Origin: a virus
Lineage: Duplodnaviria > Caudoviricetes
Reading direction: 5' to 3' (one strand)
Virus record (IMG/VR): IMGVR_UViG_3300014491_000004
Location: 1-53,686 of that record
DNA: 53,686 nucleotides
Under the pieces are notes generated by a model, which was not told the origin of the DNA, made no database searches, and saw nothing but the letters and a program-made list of their open reading frames with translations. Made by a program: the position numbers and the translations under genes. Within the stretch, counting starts at the first letter, position 1; every line of letters starts with the position of its first letter. Positions 26,901-35,552 of this stretch are shown one piece after another.

Positions 26901-29900
26901 AAAATACCAGACTTTATTCTGAATAGCGTGATCTTGCAGTCCCAGGAAATGGCTTAAATTGTTTTGCAGGTCCGTCATGCTAGTGATGCTAGTGGGTATA
27001 TCCTCTTTAGTGATTGGATTTTTTCTGCTATACATACCCAAATCATTCTTGAAAATAGCTTTTGCCGCCGCACTCCGCAGGCTACCTCCCGCTAACCTGG
27101 ACTCCAAATGTAGCCGATACCAGCGCAAATACCATACAATACGATCAGCTTTCTTCAGGGTTTGCTTTGCCCAAGAAATTTCTTTTTTAATGATAGATTC
27201 CAATCCTCTGGACTCAGGTAAAGCAAGAACCTGTTGAAACATATCGAAGTAATTAGTAGCCAATACATCCCAGGAAGCCGTAATACTTAACCCCCCAGTC
27301 ATATTCATTTGGTCATTTTCTTCTTCATCCTCATTGGGATTATCAGTTGCCATAAATTCGTTTGGAGTGCCCCCAATGGGAGTACCTATACCGTAAGATT
27401 TAGTGGATGAATTTTTGGATAAAAAATCATCTGCATCTTTATAAGCGTACAAGGCTGAATTAAAAGCCGAATCTAAATGAGCAGCAGCGGAACGCACAGC
27501 CCATACAATGTCCATTTTGACTATTTTTTTGACCGTTTCTAACCAATCCAAACGACCCTGTACAGTCTCAAGAGCTTGTAAAGTTTTATCAAACATTGGG
27601 ACGCCGTTAAACAAGACTAAATTTGAATGAACTATATCGCGTAACATACCGGAATATTTTTTAATATAAGGAATCAATTTTACAGCCAGCTGTTGGGTAT
27701 TTTTTTCCCTTCCCAGCACGTCATCATTCCACAATTTACTGGACTTTACTCTCCAGCGTTTAAACAAAAGAGTAACCTCCAACGCGGTAGAAGTTTTTTG
27801 TGCTTGAGCTGTTTTACTAGTTTTAATTTCTGACACTTTCTCAGCAAACTTAGGAATCTGACCTCCTATTACGCTCTTTATTATTTCCGGGGTCACGGCG
27901 GTAACAGATGTGATTTGGTCGGGCTTGACCCAGCCTGTAGCTTTTAACCACTTACCTTTGGATGAAGCTTGACTCAAAGGATCCGCGGTATCTGTTTTCC
28001 ACTTCTCCCCCCCTGTGGTAAAGGCGACGATACTAATCTTACCTGTGCCCATGGATTGATTGAAATCCCAATCCATCTTACCTGCCCAACGCACAGCATC
28101 TGAAGGGTCAGAGAAAGCAAATATCTCCCCATTACCATAACGCTCTTTTGCTTCTTCTTTAACCCAGTTGGATGTTTGTAAGGGTATGATTCCCTTCTCA
28201 TGTATGGACGGAACCTTATCGGTATGGGTTACATGGAATAATTTTTTATTGGCTGCTGCGTTTAATCTTTTTCTTTCAGGAACTATCTCCCCTTCAATTG
28301 TGTTCGGACCCAGTGAAACATCAACATGGCGATTGGGTGATGGTTTCATTGAAGTATCTGTATCCAAGTCGTGGCTTGCCAAATAAGTTTTCAATGTATT
28401 GATGTCTTCCCCGCTATCTATATTTTCTCCCCACTGTCTAATTGTCCAACCGTCATCAAATACAGAAAGCACCATTTCTGGGTGTTTAACATTTCTATAT
28501 AAACTACCGGAAACATGATACCATTGACCTAAAGAACGCATATATTGATGAATGGGGGAGTTTTTCATACTCTGCGGGGATAAAATTTCTTGAGCTTTCT
28601 TTCTGGCTTTGATGCCCATTGAATTCAGGAAATCTTTATCCCGAGTATAAGGAGAATAATCTTTAGAGAAATCGGGCTTAATATCAGTACCTACTCCCGT
28701 ATCACGGAGAAATCCTTTTTCTTCTGGTGCCAAATAATCCTGTTTCTTGATATGCTCATCATCGCTATAATGGATGTATGTACGAGGTTCTCCAATATTG
28801 AAAACCACTCGTTCCAGCTTTTCTTTGGCTTCTTCTAAAGATTTGCATTCACCTACCTGCCTACCGACATTTAAAGCATCAGAAGCGTCATAATCTGTCC
28901 ATTCCCAAGTACCTTTATACTCGTCCAACTCCAAATGTCGATGATCGTATACCCCGCCCCATTCAATAAAGGCTTCGGCTTCTAGTGGACTGGACGCCGT
29001 TTTCTCTTGGGAAAATAATTCTCCTTGGGCATTCAGAGGAATCAAATCCGCGGCCCGGACATAGGATATCCTATTACCACCATCCCATCTAATTCCAATT
29101 ACAGCTGATCTGTTTCTTGGGTTGTATGGTCCTATGGATTCAATTGTACCCTCTGATTTTGATTTGTGATATCGAACTCTACCCCCTACTTTGAAGTTAT
29201 CTCTGATATATTTTTCATCCTTGCCTATCGCTGATGTTTTTTCTGAAGCAAATAATTCTCCTTGGTCATTCAAATGAATTAACTTATCAGAAGTTGGTAC
29301 AGCTACAATCCCTTTATCAGTTTGATAATCCCAAAGAACTGGAACAACTCCATTTTTAAATTTTGAATTATAATACCAATGGTCGCCGTTATCTACTACT
29401 GTTCCCTCATGCTTACCCATATAGGGTTTATAAAATACAACCCTATCCCCAGGTTTAAAACTTAAAAAATGTTTCTCAGCTTTACCCATAGCGGCTGTTT
29501 TATCATCCGAGAATAATTCTCCTTGGTCGTTCAAAGGTATTAAATTACTCATAAATGGGGCGATGCGACGAAGCTTACGCTGGGACTCTTCGTATCCGTT
29601 CCATGTCACTGGGACACGCCATTCCCTGAGCTTTCTATCAAAGTAGCCATTTTCCACCACTATACCTATAAGCGGCAAGCCCCTTATCAACTCATCATAA
29701 CATTTCGCACTTCCGCAGTATTTAACTCTACGCCCCGGATAGAAAGTATCTAACATGTATCTTTCTTGCTTACTTTTGGCCGCGGATTTGGAAGCTATAC
29801 TTCCATCAGCTGTAACAGCTCGTGGGTTTTCTGGGCAGGTACAGTCCTCACATATACAATCTTTTTTGGCTCGATCACAACCATTACACTGCGGTATATC

Positions 29901-31592
29901 TTCATGCTCAATACAACCACCACATTCACACGCAACACAGGATTTAGACGCTGTTATAGGAATTGATTGAGGAGTAGGTCGTTCAAAATTATGATAAAGA
30001 GCTATCTTATCTTCCAAATCATTGGCGCTACACACTAAGTCAGCCTCAGAGTTTAAAAAATGAGTAATAGAATTTTTTGGTGGGCTAAATATAATATATT
30101 CATTTTTTCCTCGGCTCCAGCGGTGCAAACCATTTTCATATTTACCACTATAAGTGTACCCAAATTTTTCTAATACCTGGTTAAGGTCTTCTTCTGTTCG
30201 GTGAACTCCAGCGGCCGTCATTTCAAACTCAGGGTCACTTTCCTTAAAAAAATTATACCCTTGGGGCTTTAAAGGATCGCTTTCCTTAAAAAAGGTATGT
30301 TCCTGCACTTCTTCATTTATTGGAGAATCCATGCTACCTAGTAAGGATTTTTTTACGCTAACTTCAAACCCAGGAAGATTTTTTTTAAATACTTTAACGG
30401 CGATAGGTGGGACTGTATTTTCCCACTGAGACGAAGCAATACTAATCTCCAACTTTACGGTTTTTTTAATTCTATTGACTTCAGCGTACCCACGAATTGA
30501 CTTATCATATGATATTCTGGGGATCATCGCCCCCTCATATTCCCCCTTTATAAATCTCCAATGATCACTTTCAGTACCCTCTCCATAGTAAAATCCGTAA
30601 TCTGGGTGGTATAACCAGCAGTAATATCTAGCCCTGCTTTCAGCGATAGGTACATCAGAATGCGGACCGATAAAACGAACGGTGGTTGCCGCTTTCTTTG
30701 AAGTTAGCTTTGAAAAATCCTCATCAAAAGTATAACCAGGAAAATATTTCTTAAATCCCTTCACTACAGCTTGCGGGATAAAATCCCATTCTGGTTCAAT
30801 AGCGGTAGAAGTGTCTAAAGATATGTATTTCGTGGATTTCTTTACCCAAGCATACCCTCGATTACAATCATCGTATAAATTATTGGGAATTTTAGCCCCT
30901 GGAAAACTTGTGGACGCGTGAACCCCTTTAAACAATTTTATGTGATCAGCTGTCATACCCTCAGCGAAATAAAACCCGTAGCTAGGGTGGTATACCCAGA
31001 TGTAATTTTTGTTGTGTGTCTTCGTAGGAGCAATATCGCTGTGGGGTCCTATAAAACTCACGGTAGCAGCTGTCAATTTTTTATTGGGTATTTGCCCCTC
31101 AATAGTTCTTTCTAGATAAGGAGGAGCCGCGGGTTTAAGATTTCGAACCCAATCTGCTTTTGACAAATATGCTTTCAATTCTTCTAAGGTCTTGCCTTCA
31201 ACCCCAGTATCTTTATCGAATCGCTGAATTTTCCAACCATCAGAATATAAACGAACAGAATTCATTGGCATTTGAAAATGATAAAAAGGATTTCCACCCG
31301 TCCAGCCTCGGAAGGTTTTTTTCAACATTTGCATGAAATCATATTGGCGATGAAATTCTACATCGGGATCGGTATCGATTTGGTCGGGTTCAATTGCTGC
31401 GGTGATTGCCTCTGGTGGAATCGTTACACTCACTCCATTTTCTACTTCTGTGGAACCGCGTCCGGCGTAATCTTTGCCCGTCTGAGTGGTAAAATCCGGG
31501 TCGCTATGATGTTGATGCGTGGCGTACTCTGGGTCATTGATAACTTCCAGCAGAGCATCCAGAGCTTGTTTTTTGAACAATGGGGATTTCAT
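23922..31592 (-). CDS. Modular polyprotein C (about 2556 aa): duplicated unknown domain, 3 SH3/QGELF modules, ART-like, PcfJ-like, nucleotidyltransferase and Zn-ribbon domains
   Basis: Single ORF, probably starting MKSPLFKKQA at 31592. Motifs LFHVTH...SIHEKGI (ART-like), EAKAMGHCG..ILSLR..HCTF..EMKGRNN (PcfJ-like) and VAGGYAV..YG.PRYTKDIDI (NTase). Confidence 0.8.
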   Translation of the reverse strand: MKSPLFKKQALDALLEVINDPEYATHQHHSDPDFTTQTGKDYAGRGSTEVENGVSVTIPPEAITAAIEPDQIDTDPDVEFHRQYDFMQMLKKTFRGWTGGNPFYHFQMPMNSVRLYSDGWKIQRFDKDTGVEGKTLEELKAYLSKADWVRNLKPAAPPYLERTIEGQIPNKKLTAATVSFIGPHSDIAPTKTHNKNYIWVYHPSYGFYFAEGMTADHIKLFKGVHASTSFPGAKIPNNLYDDCNRGYAWVKKSTKYISLDTSTAIEPEWDFIPQAVVKGFKKYFPGYTFDEDFSKLTSKKAATTVRFIGPHSDVPIAESRARYYCWLYHPDYGFYYGEGTESDHWRFIKGEYEGAMIPRISYDKSIRGYAEVNRIKKTVKLEISIASSQWENTVPPIAVKVFKKNLPGFEVSVKKSLLGSMDSPINEEVQEHTFFKESDPLKPQGYNFFKESDPEFEMTAAGVHRTEEDLNQVLEKFGYTYSGKYENGLHRWSRGKNEYIIFSPPKNSITHFLNSEADLVCSANDLEDKIALYHNFERPTPQSIPITASKSCVACECGGCIEHEDIPQCNGCDRAKKDCICEDCTCPENPRAVTADGSIASKSAAKSKQERYMLDTFYPGRRVKYCGSAKCYDELIRGLPLIGIVVENGYFDRKLREWRVPVTWNGYEESQRKLRRIAPFMSNLIPLNDQGELFSDDKTAAMGKAEKHFLSFKPGDRVVFYKPYMGKHEGTVVDNGDHWYYNSKFKNGVVPVLWDYQTDKGIVAVPTSDKLIHLNDQGELFASEKTSAIGKDEKYIRDNFKVGGRVRYHKSKSEGTIESIGPYNPRNRSAVIGIRWDGGNRISYVRAADLIPLNAQGELFSQEKTASSPLEAEAFIEWGGVYDHRHLELDEYKGTWEWTDYDASDALNVGRQVGECKSLEEAKEKLERVVFNIGEPRTYIHYSDDEHIKKQDYLAPEEKGFLRDTGVGTDIKPDFSKDYSPYTRDKDFLNSMGIKARKKAQEILSPQSMKNSPIHQYMRSLGQWYHVSGSLYRNVKHPEMVLSVFDDGWTIRQWGENIDSGEDINTLKTYLASHDLDTDTSMKPSPNRHVDVSLGPNTIEGEIVPERKRLNAAANKKLFHVTHTDKVPSIHEKGIIPLQTSNWVKEEAKERYGNGEIFAFSDPSDAVRWAGKMDWDFNQSMGTGKISIVAFTTGGEKWKTDTADPLSQASSKGKWLKATGWVKPDQITSVTAVTPEIIKSVIGGQIPKFAEKVSEIKTSKTAQAQKTSTALEVTLLFKRWRVKSSKLWNDDVLGREKNTQQLAVKLIPYIKKYSGMLRDIVHSNLVLFNGVPMFDKTLQALETVQGRLDWLETVKKIVKMDIVWAVRSAAAHLDSAFNSALYAYKDADDFLSKNSSTKSYGIGTPIGGTPNEFMATDNPNEDEEENDQMNMTGGLSITASWDVLATNYFDMFQQVLALPESRGLESIIKKEISWAKQTLKKADRIVWYLRWYRLHLESRLAGGSLRSAAAKAIFKNDLGMYSRKNPITKEDIPTSITSMTDLQNNLSHFLGLQDHAIQNKVWYFETPKQLVDDFKKLENDIRERVESERRTISEEDNDPEDEIFIGFPDGWAWWLLDRAYCSEEAKAMGHCGNSPRKNTGDRILSLRQPVMKGGNQYWSPHCTFILRAGKFLGEMKGRNNDKPVVRYHPYIIALLKDPRIFGIMGGGYLPKHNFHWDDLSFKEQDEIKQANPNFGNPDKVWEAVGKGDKAVATIATALGLAEDDGDPSSFNRDLDAFIVNSWVDVGQMLNAIGDQESRNAYDLLQSTTDNPNAFDDNTAPEERINILIDNGLSPRALKIMAEKIKAENPNELNRFIEIQKRLNPNFEFNLLDDSVLRDMLDYDRRIGGVIWPLVDMAFNMAGDKVLNERRISDLEYAITDPYEQDNDQANTVLRYGENAGQNFSWDASPVYELISYDEAVKLVSDPDRENKDLSNGQIKIWMGGDYNDGFSDDEFSEFYGNATGALERLLIKGSPQEKDPNQTQITFKERTPRSEKTDLKKYQRTTGSRKKSFVDIHETPTMLPPRDDMRRHLDTDEQDEAMHGVRDGIIDEPKLPKPKQIDPRIKGAALPKVYRFSSAGKTPRSKEEIINEIDYLYSIADHPEIPREESQRLLGEIKKLNQEFEANGYTHDHVRDRPLTPEFLDMVDDVKGNVTHEKTINPHDKKWLNSFGVEGSKQAAFNRKEAHWIRKSSGSKIEETLKKAVKILGENGIPTLVAGGYAVQEYGYPRYTKDIDIIVPDRIQSIQLLIGNGFHKANTPNTVIDNETNEEVDLLLAGDRMNIGPVPFPVPSEITLVPKLITLEELIDLKLGSYASNPWGRTKDLADVTELIQRNSIPKEFMAKGLMNKAWNNLWDMMHQTPDNPIEPKESCFKVLSSVVEIENKIADDEDQLDSEGEYFLEQVSDAKEEAKRHFMEEDYIQQQAAEDGRTMEEMWAEIGEEFTANFYDYPYNPPKEKQKPIATPEFSTGDKEHLHGMGVLGSGCPLCKSANLKKVAGMDLTECTDCKGVYSIPTS

Positions 31593-31739
31593 CCTAATAA
31601 AGAAGCCAAAAGCATGAAAACACAACGATTAAAAAAATAGACATTTTCGGCGTTTCCGGTGTATACTGGGTATGTAAGCAAATCGTCTCCACAGTCGCTT
31701 TAGTCCAGCACGGTTGGGGACGTTAAAAATGAGGACAAT

Positions 31740-32864
31740 ATGGAACTTTTCAAAGCTAGTCAGCAGTGGAGCACCCGCCCAGACGACGAAAAATTCAACG
31801 ATATTCAAACTGCCTACGAACAATCTCTAGCCTACGCCAATTCCAGCCGGGAAAAAGCTAATGTCGATCCCGCCACTCTGCGCGTAGAAGCATACAATAG
31901 TGAAGTTCAACTCGTAGGTAAGGGCAACGAACCCGCTACTTTGACCAATTGGGCTTTCGGTCAACTCGCCGCCCGTGTCGAAGCTCCGGCTTCCTATCTT
32001 CGTAAACTACCCGCTACTCTCGCCGTCCAAAATATTAACCATGGTCTGAAAACCCGCTATATCGACCCCGATGAGCGCGTGAATCTTTTGGTTCACGCTA
32101 ATGGGGGCTTGGTGGTACGGGCGTTGACTTCGGAAAAATACACCCGCATTTGGAACCATGACCTTCTACGTCGGATGCTGGATTATCCGCAGTACGGATG
32201 GAACACCCCGGTTGCTTTCGAGCATAGCGGCATGAGTGCGGCTGCTACAGGTCGGACGCGGGAAAAAACCATCTATGTCTCCGATCACGATATGTTCGTA
32301 TTTCTCGTGAACAACAACAATCGCATCAACGAACCGGGAAATCCCGAAGGTTTGGGACGCGGATTCTTCGTTGAAAATTCTGAAGTGGGGGCCTCAAAAC
32401 TGCGCATCACCACTTTCCTATACAGGTTCATATGTTCGAATCATATCGTGTGGGGGGCAAAGGATGTTAGCGAAATCGCCTTGCGACATGTTGGCAAGGT
32501 GAAGGACCGCATGAATGTTATGCTTGACCGGCTGCATATCGAACTCAACCGCTATGCCAATGAATCGGTGAGCGATATCGAAGCCAAGATTCGCACCGCC
32601 AAATCTACCATCATTGCTGCGGATCAAGAGCAGGTAATCGACACCATCTTTGCTAATTTGAAGAAGGCTGGTGCGCCGGTATCCCGCAAGCAGTTAGAAG
32701 CCGCCCAGACGCTGGCGATTGCTAACGAAAGCACTGACGGCAAGCCGAACTCCATTTGGGGTATGGCACAGGGTTTGACTCGTCTCTCTCAGGATCAGCC
32801 GTTTGCTGATACTCGGTTGAAGATGGATGAGGCTGCGGGACGCCTGATTGATATGGCGTTCTAA
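31740..32864 (+). CDS. DUF932-family phage protein
   Basis: LTNWAFGQLA, VRALTSEKY.RIWN, SDHDMFVF, NSEVG...L.I..FLYRFICSN and LRHVG. GAGG SD, with a GTATACT box upstream. Confidence 0.8.
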   Translation: MELFKASQQWSTRPDDEKFNDIQTAYEQSLAYANSSREKANVDPATLRVEAYNSEVQLVGKGNEPATLTNWAFGQLAARVEAPASYLRKLPATLAVQNINHGLKTRYIDPDERVNLLVHANGGLVVRALTSEKYTRIWNHDLLRRMLDYPQYGWNTPVAFEHSGMSAAATGRTREKTIYVSDHDMFVFLVNNNNRINEPGNPEGLGRGFFVENSEVGASKLRITTFLYRFICSNHIVWGAKDVSEIALRHVGKVKDRMNVMLDRLHIELNRYANESVSDIEAKIRTAKSTIIAADQEQVIDTIFANLKKAGAPVSRKQLEAAQTLAIANESTDGKPNSIWGMAQGLTRLSQDQPFADTRLKMDEAAGRLIDMAF

Positions 32865-32869
32865 AAGGT

Positions 32870-33003
32870 TTTCGACTGAAGCACTTCATGATGTAGTAGT
32901 CAATGGGAAACTGTAAAGGTTTTTCATTGGGGAGTGCTCCAGTTGAAAGTACGGGGAAATATGGGTGTTACCGAACCGGGAGGAGGTAGCACCCATAAAT
33001 TCC
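32870..33003 (+). ncRNA. Candidate structured RNA (two long hairpin domains)
   Basis: Paired arms ttcgactgaagcacttc/ggagtgctccagttgaa, caatgggaaac/gtttttcattg and atgggtgttacc/ggtagcacccat. The G.U wobbles work on the + strand. Confidence 0.5.
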
Positions 33004-33053
33004 AAATTGGTGTTTTGGTGTTTTTAGTGTATTATAGTAGGGAGGAACAATTT

Positions 33054-33191
33054 ATGTGCTATATCGGAGTACCGCAGGAAACCTTGTTTGTCGAGCCGTT
33101 GGAATTGCCCTGTGCTATGCCCGGGCGTGAAATTGAACAGCCAAACCCTTTGTATGTGCCTGAACCGGAACCAATTGAGGTTCCTGCCTAA
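33054..33191 (+). CDS. Small Pro/Glu-rich protein (45 aa, MCYIGVPQETLFVEP...)
   Basis: GGAGG SD and GTATTAT box. It abuts the next gene. Confidence 0.65.
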   Translation: MCYIGVPQETLFVEPLELPCAMPGREIEQPNPLYVPEPEPIEVPA

Positions 33192-34037
33192 ATGAAACGC
33201 AGACTCAAACTGGTGCATCCCAAAGTTGAGCAGGTGCCTGATTACATTATGCCCTTTACGGCATATCGGGCTTGGCAATGGGATGCCGATGGTGTAAAGT
33301 CTCTTAATAACGCCGCGTGGACACCTGGAGTTGCATTTGAAGCCTGTTGTGAAGCTGTGAACCTTGCTCCGCTCCATCAATGCCCAGATGAAGATTGTAC
33401 CTGTGGGATGTATGCGGGAATTAATCTTGAGCACTTGATCAGCATCAATTATGCCAGTTCAGGAATCCACGGGGAAGTATCGCTTTGGGGGAAATTGCTC
33501 AGACACTCCTTAGGCTGGCGTGCGCAATACGCCTACCCAAAATTCTTCATTATCCCCCCTAGCATGGTTCCCTATTCCATGCAGGATGTGGCGCAAAGAC
33601 TCGAAACACTCATCGCCTTCAACGTGGATATTTACCTTCAAGTGAAAGAAGAAGCCTCACCCAAAGGCGAGAAAATCCCTTTATGGATGAAAGATTATGG
33701 CTGGAGTCAACAGGGGATCGCTCATCTTATCGACATTCGCAAAAGTTGGTATGAGACACGCCCCGCAGCTCGTCAAATAGCTGTTGGGGATCGCTTGCAT
33801 ATCAAAAATAAAGGTATCGGTGTCGTTAAGAATATTTTTCCTTCCGATGGTGAATCTTTGCTTATCGTTAAACTGTGGAACTTCCATAGTAAATTTTACG
33901 AAAAAAATGTTAAATGGAGCCAAAAAAATTGGCGCTGGGAAACAGCCGAATCGGGCTTAACTTGTGGTATCAATTTTAGACAAAGCTTCATCACGTCAGC
34001 GCTCAGAAGTGTGACGTTGCAAGCCTCGACGCGCTAA
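33192..34037 (+). CDS. Hypothetical phage protein with Cys/His metal site and C-terminal KOW-like motif
   Basis: AYRAW..., H.CP...CTCG.YA, GEVSLWG....H..GWRAQYAYP and IAVGDRL...G.GVV. Confidence 0.65.
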   Translation: MKRRLKLVHPKVEQVPDYIMPFTAYRAWQWDADGVKSLNNAAWTPGVAFEACCEAVNLAPLHQCPDEDCTCGMYAGINLEHLISINYASSGIHGEVSLWGKLLRHSLGWRAQYAYPKFFIIPPSMVPYSMQDVAQRLETLIAFNVDIYLQVKEEASPKGEKIPLWMKDYGWSQQGIAHLIDIRKSWYETRPAARQIAVGDRLHIKNKGIGVVKNIFPSDGESLLIVKLWNFHSKFYEKNVKWSQKNWRWETAESGLTCGINFRQSFITSALRSVTLQASTR

Positions 34038-34059
34038 ACGCAACATTGTGGTATCTTTT

Positions 34060-35484
34060 TTAAACAGTGATTGATCGAGGATAAATCCAACGCTCATATC
34101 CCGCGTCATACATACACCTAGCTCCATTTCTATACATGTTTTGATGCTCTGTTTCCAGTGGATTGAAACCAAGTTCATTCTGCAAAATCTGAGGTAAATA
34201 CTTCCTGCGTAACTGTCTTTTATTCCATACTCTTCCTTGAAAATACCATTGGTAGCTGGGGGGTAGCAATTTATCAGATACAAACTCCAAATGTTTATAC
34301 ACATCTCCACCACTGTAGCGATTGTTTGAAAAAGTGACAATGGGTATGGTAGGTAAATATTTTAATGCGTTTTTGAAAAGTTTTTGAGCCCCTCCTACTA
34401 CTGTAACCCCACGAGGAAATGCCATACGAGTTAGGTTAATAAATTTCTTCTCATGTTTAGCAAAAGTAATTACCCCTACTAACTCATTATTCAGTTTTAG
34501 TCCATAACACCAATCTTGATTAGCAGATGGGGTCGTTCCTTGAAGGTGATTTTCCGCTAAAAATTGTTCCGCTTCATCCCTAGATATTTGATAAAATTTG
34601 GTACAACGGGCAAAGACTCGCCGGTGCTTACCCAGTTTCGATGCTATAACGGATTTCCAGATTTCTTGAATAACAGGGTCGTTCCACTCATGTTCATCAA
34701 TTTGAAGTAGCGAAATTCCAGCTTCTTGGCAACGCTCAAATTTGTCCCTATGCTTAAATTTGAATTGAGGAGGTTCTGTGCCATCTAGTGAATGATAATA
34801 TTTACCGTTGAACTCTATAGCTAGTTTGTAGTCGGGAATCCATATGTCTAACTCCAAAGGTTTGATAACTTGACGATTATTTGATTCAAAAACTACTCCC
34901 AAGGTTTTGATAACTTCTTCAACTTTTAGAACAGGAGAAAATTCATTTTTACCTGGAATAAGACAGCCGAATGTGTGTTCTTGCGGTACTAGAGAACACA
35001 CATTATTTTTCTTTTTGGCGATAGCGGATGTGAGTTGAAGTGTTGGGATAATAGGGTAGTCTTTTAGTAAAATAGTTCGAGCTTTATTTCTACCGCATTT
35101 TGGACAGCCTCTTCCAGCTAAGTGATTATTGGCTCGTTGTTTGAAAACTCCATGTACAGGGCAGGTAATTTCTATTTTTACATTATAACCAATGTGCTGA
35201 AAATGGGGGAGATAAGTGTAATAATTATTGTGGATTTTATTGCAGGCGGCAATAAATTCTACTGTGGTCTGATGGGGGGCGGCTTTTTTTAAATTCCCAC
35301 ACTTAGAGCAAGCACTTCCTTTCAAATGATTATACGGAAGTTGCCAAAAAGAACCATGGGTAGGACAAATAATTTCTACTTCAGTTACAGCATTTTTGTA
35401 TTTTAAAGCGGAATAATCATAAGTGTGATTGTGAGTGGTTATTGCTTTTTGAATGTATTCTTCTTGAGTTAAATTTTTAGGCAT
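34060..35484 (-). CDS. Homing endonuclease-like protein: CPxHG Zn repeats, PD-(D/E)xK nuclease and GNAT/Mom-like domain
   Basis: Two I.CP.HG.F.Q....HL.G..C.KC repeats, LELDIWIPDYKLAIEFNGKYYH, then FLAENHLQG...TFSNNRYSGG.VY..L.F. Confidence 0.8.
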   Translation of the reverse strand: MPKNLTQEEYIQKAITTHNHTYDYSALKYKNAVTEVEIICPTHGSFWQLPYNHLKGSACSKCGNLKKAAPHQTTVEFIAACNKIHNNYYTYLPHFQHIGYNVKIEITCPVHGVFKQRANNHLAGRGCPKCGRNKARTILLKDYPIIPTLQLTSAIAKKKNNVCSLVPQEHTFGCLIPGKNEFSPVLKVEEVIKTLGVVFESNNRQVIKPLELDIWIPDYKLAIEFNGKYYHSLDGTEPPQFKFKHRDKFERCQEAGISLLQIDEHEWNDPVIQEIWKSVIASKLGKHRRVFARCTKFYQISRDEAEQFLAENHLQGTTPSANQDWCYGLKLNNELVGVITFAKHEKKFINLTRMAFPRGVTVVGGAQKLFKNALKYLPTIPIVTFSNNRYSGGDVYKHLEFVSDKLLPPSYQWYFQGRVWNKRQLRRKYLPQILQNELGFNPLETEHQNMYRNGARCMYDAGYERWIYPRSITV

Positions 35485-35516
35485 AAAAAAGAGCAGGCTG
35501 TTTGTGCCTACTCTTT
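35485..35516 (-). terminator. Hairpin plus U-run immediately before the endonuclease ATG (terminator or translation-control hairpin)
   Basis: The minus strand reads AAGAGTAGGC-ACAAACA-GCCTGCTCTT-TTTT-ATG. Confidence 0.6.
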
Positions 35517-35552
35517 AATACTGACTTATGGTAAAACTTCATCCAGATGGGA

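Noticed and set aside
31593-31625. Track start MCFHAFGFFIR for polyprotein C
   Set aside because: This stretch coincides with the candidate late promoter, so the ATG at 31592 is more plausible.
32934-33053. N-terminal extension of the 85-aa ORF
   Set aside because: It overlaps the structured RNA and the promoter box. The SD supports a start at 33054.
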